Origin: a virus | Virus record (IMG/VR): IMGVR_UViG_3300034073_002131 | Coordinates: 34,029-98,028 of that record | Reading direction: 5' to 3' (one strand) | DNA length: 64,000 nucleotides | In this document: one piece after another, positions 1-9,328 of the stretch | Numbering within the stretch: position 1 is the stretch's first letter | Layout of the letters: every line of letters begins with the position of its first letter | The notes under the pieces: model-generated | Seen by the model: only the letters and a program-made list of their open reading frames with translations | What the model was told of the DNA's origin: nothing | Databases searched by the model: none | Made by a program: the position numbers and the translations under genes

Positions 1-432
1 GATATTTTGATTAGCATAGTCCTCAATAGCTTGAGCTACCATATCTAACATATCTTGTTCAATATAACCCTTTTGTGTAAGTAGTATTAAATCTAATGCT
101 TTTTTAGTACGTTCACGTACTATTTGATCGCGTTTAGCTCTAGCCCAAGTCTGAGCACCATCGCCGCCCCATAAATCCCAAGCTACTCTACCCTTACTAG
201 GAAATCCTTCTTGGCCGCTATAAAAACCTTGAGCTTTTTTATCCACTTCGTGACGGGAGAAGAAACTATGCATACGCATTACTGTACTTGCACTTAATGG
301 TTCTCGATCTTTTAATTGATTTGCCCTGGCTAAACCTACAAGGGTGCCGCCTGGTTTTCCTTCGTCTTTCCACTTTAGGGCACGTTTAGCTGCGCTAGCC
401 ATACCTGTAGTGGGTTTATATGTTTTTGCCAT
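1..432 (-). CDS. Conserved phage hypothetical protein, 3'-truncated by window edge
   Basis: Manual translation from ATG at 432: MAKTYKPTTGMASAAKRALKWK...RMHSFFSRHEVDK...GRVAWDLWGGD, open to position 1; not in ORF track. Confidence 0.75.
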   Translation of the reverse strand, partial: MAKTYKPTTGMASAAKRALKWKDEGKPGGTLVGLARANQLKDREPLSASTVMRMHSFFSRHEVDKKAQGFYSGQEGFPSKGRVAWDLWGGDGAQTWARAKRDQIVRERTKKALDLILLTQKGYIEQDMLDMVAQAIEDYANQNI

Positions 433-433
433 G

Positions 434-1123
434 TTAATCCTTATAGGCTATAATTATTTGTTTGCACATACGACTACGCACAATATCTTGTTCTAGGAAT
501 CTAACAACTTCTACGCCTTCTATCTGCTCTAGTCGTTTTATAGCATCTTCTAATCCAGAGTTTGAAATGTCTCGTTGATCAGGATCTCCGCTTAAAATTA
601 CTTTGCAATTTTTACCTACTCTAGATAGTAACATTTTAAGCTCTGTTTTAGTAAGATTTTGTGCTTCATCTACTAAAACTATAGCATTATCAAATGTTGC
701 TCCTCGCATAAAACCAATTGGTCGAGGCTCTATGTCTTTGTTTTTAAGAGCATATTCATAGAATCCCTTACCTAGGCTACGTTGAAATACATTATCAAAT
801 GGTTCTAGGTAGGGTGCGTACTTTTCATCAAGTTCGCCGGGTAAAAATCCAAGTCCTCGCCCTGTTTCTATATTCGGTCGAGTTAGTATAATTTTATTAA
901 CGCGTCTGTGAAAAAGCTCCCCTGCGGCATAACTGGCGGCTATATAGGTCTTACCTGTACCTGCGCTACCTACGCCAAACACAACATCATTTTGTTTAAT
1001 TGCATCTAAATATTGCTCTTGAATATAATTAAGCGGCTTTACATCTTTAAAGCCGTATTCAATCGGATTTTGTGGAGCATTAGACTGTTGTCTACGAGCT
1101 TTCTTACCTGATCTTGTTGCCAT
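434..1123 (-). CDS. phoH: PhoH-family ATPase
   Basis: Walker A GSAGTGKT, LGFLPG, MRGATF, DEAQN, GDPDQRD motifs. Confidence 0.95.
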   Translation of the reverse strand: MATRSGKKARRQQSNAPQNPIEYGFKDVKPLNYIQEQYLDAIKQNDVVFGVGSAGTGKTYIAASYAAGELFHRRVNKIILTRPNIETGRGLGFLPGELDEKYAPYLEPFDNVFQRSLGKGFYEYALKNKDIEPRPIGFMRGATFDNAIVLVDEAQNLTKTELKMLLSRVGKNCKVILSGDPDQRDISNSGLEDAIKRLEQIEGVEVVRFLEQDIVRSRMCKQIIIAYKD

Positions 1124-1163
1124 GTATAAAACCTTGTTAGTAAGTTAAAATTAAACACCTAAA

Positions 1164-1364
1164 TTACTTTTTTGTGTCTGGTTTCACCTCACTGGGTTTT
1201 TGTGCACTTTCTAATTTCTTATGCACTTTTATAGTCTTGCAAACTTCCTTTTCTACACCTTTGCTGTCTTTTTGTTTTTCACACACTCGCTTAGTTTCAG
1301 GTTCAGCATACACAAAACCAACTTGTGCAAGGGTTAACATTGCTGCAAATAGTAGTTTTATCAT
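1164..1364 (-). CDS. Small exported protein
   Basis: Signal-peptide-like N-terminus, two Cys, Lys-rich. Confidence 0.6.
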   Translation of the reverse strand: MIKLLFAAMLTLAQVGFVYAEPETKRVCEKQKDSKGVEKEVCKTIKVHKKLESAQKPSEVKPDTKK

Positions 1365-1853
1365 TTAAATCTCCGGCTGTGGTGCTTGCGGTGGTTTAGC
1401 TCTACCACCAAATCCAGTTTCTATACCACCAGGTTGAAATCCTAGTATAGGCTCTTGTCGTTGAACTGGCTGTTCTCGTGGTTTAATTGCCTCTATAGTA
1501 GCCTTAAAACCATCTTGTTGTTGTTTTTGAGCCTGAAGCATTGCTTGTTGATCTTCTGGTTTTGTACCAGCAAGCATAATGCCACTTAGTGTACCAGTTA
1601 AAAATGTAGCTATAGGTACGATAAGCTCAAAAAACTTTTGATCTATAGGACTCATAGCATTTAGCGGTTGCGTTACAAATATTATGCTGTAAAGCACAAC
1701 AAATACAATACCAGTTAGGGTAAGTGCTAGGCAGACTCCAATAAAAAATTTAAGTCTAGCCATTAGCTGTTCTTCAGTATAAATACGTATCTCCTTATTT
1801 TGCACCTTTTGCTCCCCCTTTATCTGGTTGACATTGCTGACAAGTTTGACCAA
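1365..1853 (-). CDS. Two-TM membrane protein (true start may be downstream)
   Basis: Two hydrophobic segments followed by a Q/P-rich tail. Confidence 0.6.
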   Translation of the reverse strand: MVKLVSNVNQIKGEQKVQNKEIRIYTEEQLMARLKFFIGVCLALTLTGIVFVVLYSIIFVTQPLNAMSPIDQKFFELIVPIATFLTGTLSGIMLAGTKPEDQQAMLQAQKQQQDGFKATIEAIKPREQPVQRQEPILGFQPGGIETGFGGRAKPPQAPQPEI

Positions 1854-2085
1854 TGGGTTCAGTTCTGGTTTCTGGTGGGCCTAGCCTAGGATCTCGCTGT
1901 CCTTTAAATATATGCTCTGGACAAGTGCGAGTAACATCGCATAGTGGTTTTTGACACTGTTTGGTTTCCCAGTTTTGAGGGTCTTGGCAAGGGTATCTAA
2001 ATCTATCGCTACCAAATGCTGCTAGTGCAACTGGTAAGCCTATTAGTACTAGTAAAAATAAAAATAGTTTTTTATCACTAATCAC
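1795..2085 (-). CDS. Membrane-anchored Cys-rich small protein
   Basis: N-terminal TM; RYPCQDP...CQKPLC...TC pattern. Confidence 0.6.
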   Translation of the reverse strand: MISDKKLFLFLLVLIGLPVALAAFGSDRFRYPCQDPQNWETKQCQKPLCDVTRTCPEHIFKGQRDPRLGPPETRTEPIGQTCQQCQPDKGGAKGAK

Positions 2086-2087
2086 GA

Positions 2088-2243
2088 CTACCCCTTTACT
2101 AAATAAACAATACTAGCTAGTATCATTCCTAGTACAACTATTGTTTTCCAGCTAATATCATCTATTTTAAGTTTAAACCAAGGGCTACTAACTTCGACTT
2201 TTTCAACAATGCCATCGTCACCCTTAATAGGTTTAGGTTCCAT
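2088..2243 (-). CDS. 51-aa single-TM protein, possible holin/lysis accessory
   Basis: Manual translation MEPKPIKGDDG...WKTIVVLGMILASIVYLVKG; start abuts endolysin stop. Confidence 0.5.
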   Translation of the reverse strand: MEPKPIKGDDGIVEKVEVSSPWFKLKIDDISWKTIVVLGMILASIVYLVKG

Positions 2244-2872
2244 TAGTGACCTCCTAGTACGTGTAGTGCGTGTTGGTAGTGTTTTTTGCGATCTTCTATG
2301 CCTATTGTACCACCATTAATTCGTTTTGTCAAGGTTAAAATATCACCTTGGTCTGCCCAACGATTTAGGCTGTTGGTTTCCCAAAACCAGCAAGCACTTT
2401 GAGCTGCTCCCTCAAAAGTCTCTAGATAGTCTGCTGCTTCTTCTGGTTTAATTTCTATGCTGTGAGCAAACCAAGTATAGTTATCTCGACCAGTTAGTTG
2501 AATAAGTCCGCGACCCCTATACCGCCAACCGTCACCCGAAGCCTCATCGCCATTACCCATACGACTAGCATATACACGGTTAGCTATAGCTTCTTGTTTA
2601 TTGGGCTTGTTAGCATATTGCTGGGCAAGTTCGTCTGTAGGAAAATATTTAGGAAATACCTTGCGTAAGCTCTGCCAGCGATAGTTAAGGTTTTCTTGTA
2701 GCACAGTAAATTCAGCCGACTCATGAGCACACTGTGCAATCCATGCTGCTTGACGTAGAGGTGTATTTATTTCATAGTCTGGAAATAGTTTGTTAATAAC
2801 ATCTAGCCAATAACTAGTGTACTTATTCCTGGGTATTAATTCACGTAATTGTTCTAGTGTTATAGGTGTCAT
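2243..2872 (-). CDS. Endolysin, glycoside hydrolase family 19
   Basis: AQCAHES, ENLNY, YRGRGLIQLTGRDNY, TKRINGG motifs. Confidence 0.92.
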   Translation of the reverse strand: MTPITLEQLRELIPRNKYTSYWLDVINKLFPDYEINTPLRQAAWIAQCAHESAEFTVLQENLNYRWQSLRKVFPKYFPTDELAQQYANKPNKQEAIANRVYASRMGNGDEASGDGWRYRGRGLIQLTGRDNYTWFAHSIEIKPEEAADYLETFEGAAQSACWFWETNSLNRWADQGDILTLTKRINGGTIGIEDRKKHYQHALHVLGGH

Positions 2873-3132
2873 TTTATACCTTCAAATAATTTGCGTTGAG
2901 TACGATACCACTCCTGCCACATACTAGACTTTAAGCTACAATCATGATATAGATGATAATTTTCTGTAACGGTTTTAGCCACATCGCTAAGTTTAGCATT
3001 TTGTTCTAGTGCTTTTAGTGTTGGGCATGGCTCTAGTAGTATATTAGGTGCTTCTGGAAATTTTGGTGTAAGTGGCACTGTGGTAGTACATCCTACAAGT
3101 ACTAAACTTACTAGTAATATTAAATATTTCAT
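2869..3132 (-). CDS. o-spanin (Rz1-like lipoprotein)
   Basis: Lipobox LVGC, Pro-rich, between i-spanin candidate and endolysin. Confidence 0.75.
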   Translation of the reverse strand: MKYLILLVSLVLVGCTTTVPLTPKFPEAPNILLEPCPTLKALEQNAKLSDVAKTVTENYHLYHDCSLKSSMWQEWYRTQRKLFEGIK

Positions 3133-3563
3133 TGTATTTTTTCCACAGCACGATTATGGGCATCTACAAATGGTTGGGGAATTTCACATTTTGTATCATA
3201 CTTAACTACTTCTCTGTCAACATACTGCACTATATCTCGACCTCGTTCACGTACTACCTTCTGTTGCACTACCACTTTTTCCACAATCTTAATATTTTCT
3301 TTTGCAGCCTCAGCCTCAGCCTGTGCTAGTTTAACTTCTAGTTCCTTTATCTTAGCCTGCCAAGTTTGTTCATTAGCTATAGAACCTAACATATAAATAC
3401 CAATTACAACTAGTAGTATAGATGCTAGTTGTATGGGAAGTTTATAGTAGTGTACGATGGGTACAGGAATAAACTTAAGTAAGTAGGTTACTAATAATCC
3501 TATTAGTCCTGCAGCTAATATTAGGTAAAATAGCCACCAAGGTAGCCATTGAAGAATCCACAT
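3129..3563 (-). CDS. i-spanin (Rz-like)
   Basis: N-terminal TMs, coiled coil, C-terminal CEIP; overlaps lipoprotein gene. Confidence 0.7.
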   Translation of the reverse strand: MWILQWLPWWLFYLILAAGLIGLLVTYLLKFIPVPIVHYYKLPIQLASILLVVIGIYMLGSIANEQTWQAKIKELEVKLAQAEAEAAKENIKIVEKVVVQQKVVRERGRDIVQYVDREVVKYDTKCEIPQPFVDAHNRAVEKIQ

Positions 3564-3571
3564 TGTATCTC

Positions 3572-4195
3572 CTAGTTAGCTAATGGATTATCTAATGCTT
3601 TTTTAATTTTATCGTCTACTTCACGACGAATAGCTCTTATCTCACCATTAGTATCGCGTTCTATTCTGTTTACACGTTCATTTACAGCTTGTACTGTACT
3701 GTCTACTTGACGCTGCATTTCCCGTACACTAGTATCAGTACTTTTTCTAATTTCTTTAATCTCCATATCAATTTGTCGGCGAATCTCTGCAACCTCTTTT
3801 TCTACTTCTCGTTGAGCAACTTTACTACCACGTTCTACACCCTCTAGTACACCTTCAGTTCTACGTATATCGCCCTTTAGATTCTGATTAATATCTCGTG
3901 TATACCCAACCACCTTTTCACTGTTTTCTTCTAATCGAACAATACGTGCTTCATATTCACTAAAATCTGGTGCAACATACTCAGCAATTTTCTTTTTCAT
4001 GCCCATGTAGTCTTTGTAGGTTTCAAACACGCCATAAAGTCCACCCACTACACTACTTAAAATACCAGCAGCAATCATTAGTTTAGCAGGAGTAAAACTA
4101 TAACCACCAATACTAATTACAGTATCCTTACTCATATACTGTTTCTGGGCTTGCTCTAGTTTTTCTACTTGTTTATTTAAGTCTGTATTGCTCAT
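3572..4195 (-). CDS. Membrane-anchored coiled-coil protein
   Basis: One TM followed by long amphipathic helical repeats. Confidence 0.6.
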   Translation of the reverse strand: MSNTDLNKQVEKLEQAQKQYMSKDTVISIGGYSFTPAKLMIAAGILSSVVGGLYGVFETYKDYMGMKKKIAEYVAPDFSEYEARIVRLEENSEKVVGYTRDINQNLKGDIRRTEGVLEGVERGSKVAQREVEKEVAEIRRQIDMEIKEIRKSTDTSVREMQRQVDSTVQAVNERVNRIERDTNGEIRAIRREVDDKIKKALDNPLAN

Positions 4196-5177
4196 CTACC
4201 AATCTCCCATGTGTTAGATTAGAACTACCAGTTAAACCACGAAGTAGTCGTTGATTATCAACAGGCTGAACTGTTTTATAAATATCCTTGACCACATAAA
4301 AAGCGGCATCTAAGATAATAGTTTGCTGATACTGCTCCAAGCTAGGGGCCTGGCTAGTTATACCCGTAATAGTTACTAGTTGCCCCGTGTCTTGTTTGTT
4401 TTCCGCCTGCCTAGTAGCCTGAGTACTAACTCTAATAGCTTGGGTAGTTTTAGGCTTTTCTTCGCTAGCAGTATTACTAGATATGCCGCGGTTTAAGGTT
4501 GGTGGTTGATACTCGCGAATAATTGGTGGATTTTCTAGTACTTGATTTACTACTGGGTCTTGTACTAGTTTTGGTAGAGCATCCTTAACTGGATCTATAT
4601 AAGTTTCTAGTATTTGTGCAGGTAGATCTTTGGGTATTACCAGTTGCTGAGGTTTTTCTGGAATTGAGATAGCTGTATAGGTTAACTTATAGTATGGATT
4701 TGTTATACTAGGGCCTTGCCATTGTTTTTCCGACCACAGCTGTTGGCCTGTAAATTGCAAACCAAATGTTGTAGGTTTTGTAAGGTTTATTTCACCAAGC
4801 GGAGCCTTAGTTGCTACGCTACCAGTACCTATTAGTGAGTATGTTCTAGTGTAGACGCTACCAAAAGTACTAGTAGCTGTTAAATAATTTTTGCATGCGG
4901 TACAGCCTAGTGAGTAGTCCCAGCCATACTCTATGCCAGTAACTCGTAAGGGTATACTTAGTGAATCCAATACAGGCTGTGTAAGAATACCTGAGTATAG
5001 CACACTACCACCCGCCTTACCAAACACTACACCATCGCCAGGAGAAAACTTTATGTTGCCCTGTAGGTTTATACTAGAGTATGGCAGAAGGTCTGGGCTA
5101 GTTTCTTGGCTATAGGAGTAAGACCAATAGCAGAATAGTACCAATGCCAAAACTAAATTTTTTCCAGAATGATTCAT
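4173..5177 (-). CDS. Exported hypothetical protein
   Basis: Signal-peptide-like start; 334-aa ORF in operon. Confidence 0.55.
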   Translation of the reverse strand: MNHSGKNLVLALVLFCYWSYSYSQETSPDLLPYSSINLQGNIKFSPGDGVVFGKAGGSVLYSGILTQPVLDSLSIPLRVTGIEYGWDYSLGCTACKNYLTATSTFGSVYTRTYSLIGTGSVATKAPLGEINLTKPTTFGLQFTGQQLWSEKQWQGPSITNPYYKLTYTAISIPEKPQQLVIPKDLPAQILETYIDPVKDALPKLVQDPVVNQVLENPPIIREYQPPTLNRGISSNTASEEKPKTTQAIRVSTQATRQAENKQDTGQLVTITGITSQAPSLEQYQQTIILDAAFYVVKDIYKTVQPVDNQRLLRGLTGSSNLTHGRLVDEQYRLK

Positions 5178-5655
5178 TTGTTGTAGCCTCTAGCGGTTTA
5201 GGTACACGATCCAAATTTTCTTGCCACAGCTGGCGGGCTTGGTCACCGATTTTGCCCTGTATAGGGCACGGTGTGCCTGCATCCTGCATAGCCTCAAATA
5301 CTCGTGGATCTTGACACAGGGTACTTACCGCAGCTACTTTCATGCCCATATCGTACAAGTTTTTAGCTAGCTTTAATCGTTCGCAGTTTAGATCACGCAC
5401 TGTGCTACCACCACTAATACCTAAGATCTGAGTTTGTACTGCTCCTGACACACCTACAACACATAAATCATTGCTTATAATAGTTATAGGTGGGCTAGTA
5501 GCACTAGGTGGAGGCGATTTAACAGTAGTCTCATTAATACTAGTACTAGTCGAATTAGATTGACTATTACTTGTTGATTCTGAGATAATCCTGTCTGTTG
5601 TTTGTGCAGTGGAAAGGGTTGAAATCAAAAATAATAGCCAAACTAATTTTTGCAT
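5110..5655 (-). CDS. Exported Cys-containing hypothetical protein
   Basis: Signal peptide, S/T-rich linker, C...C...C...C core. Confidence 0.6.
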   Translation of the reverse strand: MQKLVWLLFLISTLSTAQTTDRIISESTSNSQSNSTSTSINETTVKSPPPSATSPPITIISNDLCVVGVSGAVQTQILGISGGSTVRDLNCERLKLAKNLYDMGMKVAAVSTLCQDPRVFEAMQDAGTPCPIQGKIGDQARQLWQENLDRVPKPLEATTNESFWKKFSFGIGTILLLVLLL

Positions 5656-5670
5656 AATAACCTCTAAGTA

Positions 5671-6078
5671 TTAGGGATTAGTAGGTGGAGGCGGTGCTGG
5701 TACTGGTTCTGTAGGCGTTGTTATTTCAGACTGTGGTGCAGGCATTGGTTCGGGTACTGGTGCCCAAGGCATTTGTGTATCCGTTAGGCTCTGTTTTTCT
5801 AGCTCACGTTCAACTACTAATGCAATATGATCTTTAATACTAGGCAGTCTGAGTTCTTGTGCCTCAATCCACTCTATAACCATTTGCTCTGTAATCTGTT
5901 CTAGTGGTACAAAAGTTTGTTGTTCAGGATCAGCTAGTGTAGTAGTGTTTGGTAGTGCAAACTCTACTGTGCCGTCTTTGCCAGTAATAGTCCACTCAAC
6001 TCGTTTAATTACATTAGTTAGTCCATCTAGAGTATGAGTGTAAATTTTATTAGGTTTAATTGTATAGGTAATTGCCAT
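5671..6078 (-). CDS. Fibre-associated hypothetical protein
   Basis: FVPLEQITEQMVIEWI motif of a type seen next to fibre genes; Pro-rich tail. Confidence 0.55.
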   Translation of the reverse strand: MAITYTIKPNKIYTHTLDGLTNVIKRVEWTITGKDGTVEFALPNTTTLADPEQQTFVPLEQITEQMVIEWIEAQELRLPSIKDHIALVVERELEKQSLTDTQMPWAPVPEPMPAPQSEITTPTEPVPAPPPPTNP

Positions 6079-6087
6079 GTTTAATCC

Positions 6088-6591
6088 TTATTGTGGCGCT
6101 TGTGGCCAAATTATATTAGTTGGAAATTCTTGTTGATCAGTTAAATCACGGAGTTGTTGTCTATAAGTAGCCCACTGTTCTTTTTGTTCCGTGGTTAAAC
6201 TAACATCTGGTAACTGCGTCCAATCACTTTGTGTTAGTAAACGATTTCTTTCATATTTTGCATTATTAATTCTGTTTTGTTTTTCTATACTAGCTCTAAT
6301 AGTAGTTTGTGCTATTTCTTCGGGAGTTAAATTAACTATATCATAACCTAAAAGCATATATTCTTCGGTTATCTCAGCTACTTGTCTAGTTAATTTTTCT
6401 GGAGTATATTTTGGTACGAGTTTTTGAGTAGCCAAATTATACGCTGGTTCTGGGGCATACTCAAGTGGGTATATACCAAATGCTTTTAAAACACTAGTAG
6501 CTATAGGAGATTTAAAACTAGTATTAGGAAATAGCTTTCTAATTTCTATTTGGTTTTGTAAAATTTTACCAGTTGATTCTTGTATATACAT
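6088..6591 (-). CDS. Tail fibre assembly chaperone
   Basis: RNRLLTQSDWTQLPD...WATYRQQLRDL...WP motif. Confidence 0.85.
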   Translation of the reverse strand: MYIQESTGKILQNQIEIRKLFPNTSFKSPIATSVLKAFGIYPLEYAPEPAYNLATQKLVPKYTPEKLTRQVAEITEEYMLLGYDIVNLTPEEIAQTTIRASIEKQNRINNAKYERNRLLTQSDWTQLPDVSLTTEQKEQWATYRQQLRDLTDQQEFPTNIIWPQAPQ

Positions 6592-6609
6592 GTTTTATAT
6601 CTCTAAAAT

Positions 6610-8103
6610 TTAAGTGTATAAGTAAGTTGCCCAAGTGCCCGCACCAAAACCATTTGCTCCAGTACCCCCATTAATTGGGCTAGGTGGATTAATACTATTA
6701 TCATATGTAAATGATACTCCATATAAACTTCCCCCTTGGCCGTCTGCATTTGGAATAGTACCATACATAGCGGGCTCTTGTAGATGAAATCTAAAATTTA
6801 CTTGAGCTCCTTCTCCTGTAATACATTCTAAGTCTATATAATACCAAGGCGTAGAAGTATGGCCTGCATAAGGAGTTTCAAAATCATTTACTATATGATT
6901 GTAAAAAGCAGTAGCAAGTGTTGAGCCATTAGGAACACCGCCGGGGAATGTGCCATCATACCAATAAATAGTTAACTGAAAACTACTACTATCTATACTT
7001 ATACCATAGATATTATTACCAGATTGTTGAAGTGTAGTACTGCCACCTCCACCACCTCCACCACCTCCACCACCTCCACCACTTGGAGTATATTTAAACT
7101 GATATAAATAATATTTTGTAGAATCAGGAGCTGAGGAAAATATGCCTCCGTCTACTATTGTTGTTAATATAGTGCCGTCTGGACTAAGGCAACTATTATT
7201 AGGATAAATACTAGAATCTCCTACAAATTCATTAAGTTGATATATAGTGGCAGCTTCGGCGTTAGTTCTAGAAGTGGGCTGTGTATTACTTATTACTCCT
7301 CCATAATCCCATGAATTATTTCCAGAAGGTTTAGGGTAGTATACAAATGGTGTAGGATAGTTTAACGTATCCCATGTAATTAAATAATTTGCCGTAGCAC
7401 CTACAACAAATTCAGGATATGCCCAATATGGACTAGTTGCATTATAACCAGGATATGCTCCTTGCCAAAAAGGAATTGGAGTACTACCATAGTATGTATT
7501 AACAATAGTAGTTAAATTATAGGCCGTGTTTAGCTTGTATAGGGTAGCCGGATGATTACTACTTCCACTGGTTAAAAATGTAGTTCCGTTTCCTAAAAAT
7601 CTAAATCCATCTACTCCATTAGCAACGGGAACATACCCAGTATTTAGTCTGTACAAACTTTGACTAAAACCAGAATCTATTATTAAATTTGATACTTGAA
7701 AACCAATTTGTCCCGATGGTATATAATACCTATTAATAGTATTAGAATCAATATTACTAAAATATGCATAAAATCCTGTATTATCCCACTCTATAGATGA
7801 AGTTCTATTTCCCACTGTCCAATTAGGTAATTGATTTACTGAATAGTATTGAGGCTGGTTAGTACTTAGATCATATGGAGTAGATAGAACAAATCTTTGA
7901 ACCCAACCATCTCCTCCTGTAATATAAAACGCATCTCCAGCACTAGGCCCCGGTTTCCATGAAATATTTATATTAGAAGTAGTAATACTAACGCCGGTAG
8001 GTTTAGATAGTACAATAGGATTTGTAGTTAGTGGAGCCCACTCAGCCCAAAATCCTGTTAGAGATGTAGGTATAGGTTTTTTAAGTAGTAATGGATTTAA
8101 CAT
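6610..8103 (-). CDS. Putative tail/receptor-binding accessory protein with poly-Gly linker
   Basis: Beta-propeller-like repeats (LSTPYDLST, LNTAYNLTT), Gly run. Confidence 0.55.
   Translation of the reverse strand: MLNPLLLKKPIPTSLTGFWAEWAPLTTNPIVLSKPTGVSITTSNINISWKPGPSAGDAFYITGGDGWVQRFVLSTPYDLSTNQPQYYSVNQLPNWTVGNRTSSIEWDNTGFYAYFSNIDSNTINRYYIPSGQIGFQVSNLIIDSGFSQSLYRLNTGYVPVANGVDGFRFLGNGTTFLTSGSSNHPATLYKLNTAYNLTTIVNTYYGSTPIPFWQGAYPGYNATSPYWAYPEFVVGATANYLITWDTLNYPTPFVYYPKPSGNNSWDYGGVISNTQPTSRTNAEAATIYQLNEFVGDSSIYPNNSCLSPDGTILTTIVDGGIFSSAPDSTKYYLYQFKYTPSGGGGGGGGGGGGGSTTLQQSGNNIYGISIDSSSFQLTIYWYDGTFPGGVPNGSTLATAFYNHIVNDFETPYAGHTSTPWYYIDLECITGEGAQVNFRFHLQEPAMYGTIPNADGQGGSLYGVSFTYDNSINPPSPINGGTGANGFGAGTWATYLYT
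7043..7081. repeat. Tandem CCACCTCCA repeat encoding poly-Gly
   Basis: About four copies of a 9-mer. Confidence 0.85.
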
Positions 8104-8112
8104 TTATGATTC

Positions 8113-9309
8113 TCAAGTTGTTGTAGCTTTACCAACATGTAGGCCTGCTAGTCTAGACCCCCCGACACCAGGTACATAAACAGTCCAGAAAACAAAAATA
8201 TCTGGATAATCGGCATCATTAGTTAGAGTAGGCGCACTACTAGACCCTACCCATAACATAGGACTAGGATAAGTAATTGCTGTTGTGTTATACACATAAA
8301 CTACTGCAAATTCAGTTTCGTACGCACCACCAGATAAACCATTTGTAAGAGTTATACTACCACCACTACCATTTATTCTAAGATGTGCTCCGCTGTTTCC
8401 ATTGATTTGATGTGTGGAAGCACCGGAATAAGCATTCATTTGATTATATATGTTACCGTAAAAACTAACTGCATTTAGGTAAGGTGGTATAACTGGATAG
8501 TTACTGTAGTTGCCTTCATGAACTACAATATTGCCACCTACTTTAAGTACAGCACCTCCACTTTCTCCTGGATTATATACGTTTAAAGCACCATCACTAT
8601 CTAAGGCAATATGTCTAGTAGCAATGTTTTCATAATGCCAAGTTAGTGTAGGCTTGGCTCCACTGGCCCTAATTTCAGCAGGAAATGAGTGTCCTGACAT
8701 TCCACTAGTATTTCCACCATAGCTTGATGCATTAACTCTTACACCTAAAGTAACGTTAGTAGCAGTACCACCGCTTAGTGGAAGTGTATAGCTTGAATAG
8801 TTGCCGGCGTGAAGTACAGTATTACCACCAATAGTAATATTAAAGCCACTAGATACGCTTAAGTTATCGTCTATAGTAACTGCACCATTAAAATAACTAA
8901 TACCATTATTATAAAAGTCAAAGTTAGTATTATTAGCAGTGCCAATACCTAGCTGATTAACATGTGTAGTTCCCGCGACACGTAATTTATTGCCATTATC
9001 CGTACCAGTACCAACCAGTACATTACCACTATACTGTGCAAATTTAACTAGGCCGGTATCTAGGACTTCTATGCTGGGAATTCCACTTACGTCATTTACA
9101 CTATAAATAGTTCCGGTTAAACTATTAGTTACACTAAATAGCTGGCCAGCACTACCCTCTAGGCTAATAGTACCATTAGTAGTAGGATATACGCGTAGGG
9201 TAATTGTTTGTGGGCCTAGTGTGCTGCTTGCTCCAACAAACTCAATTTTAGGGTCGGCACTTTGCCCTATATTAGGAGTAATTAAAATATTTTTATCAGA
9301 CAAGGCCAT
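8113..9309 (-). CDS. Tail fibre-like protein
   Basis: Beta-rich; shares LHAGNY..Y.LPLSGG motif with the long fibre. Confidence 0.7.
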   Translation of the reverse strand: MALSDKNILITPNIGQSADPKIEFVGASSTLGPQTITLRVYPTTNGTISLEGSAGQLFSVTNSLTGTIYSVNDVSGIPSIEVLDTGLVKFAQYSGNVLVGTGTDNGNKLRVAGTTHVNQLGIGTANNTNFDFYNNGISYFNGAVTIDDNLSVSSGFNITIGGNTVLHAGNYSSYTLPLSGGTATNVTLGVRVNASSYGGNTSGMSGHSFPAEIRASGAKPTLTWHYENIATRHIALDSDGALNVYNPGESGGAVLKVGGNIVVHEGNYSNYPVIPPYLNAVSFYGNIYNQMNAYSGASTHQINGNSGAHLRINGSGGSITLTNGLSGGAYETEFAVVYVYNTTAITYPSPMLWVGSSSAPTLTNDADYPDIFVFWTVYVPGVGGSRLAGLHVGKATTT

Positions 9310-9328
9310 AGTTAATTCCTATTTGATG

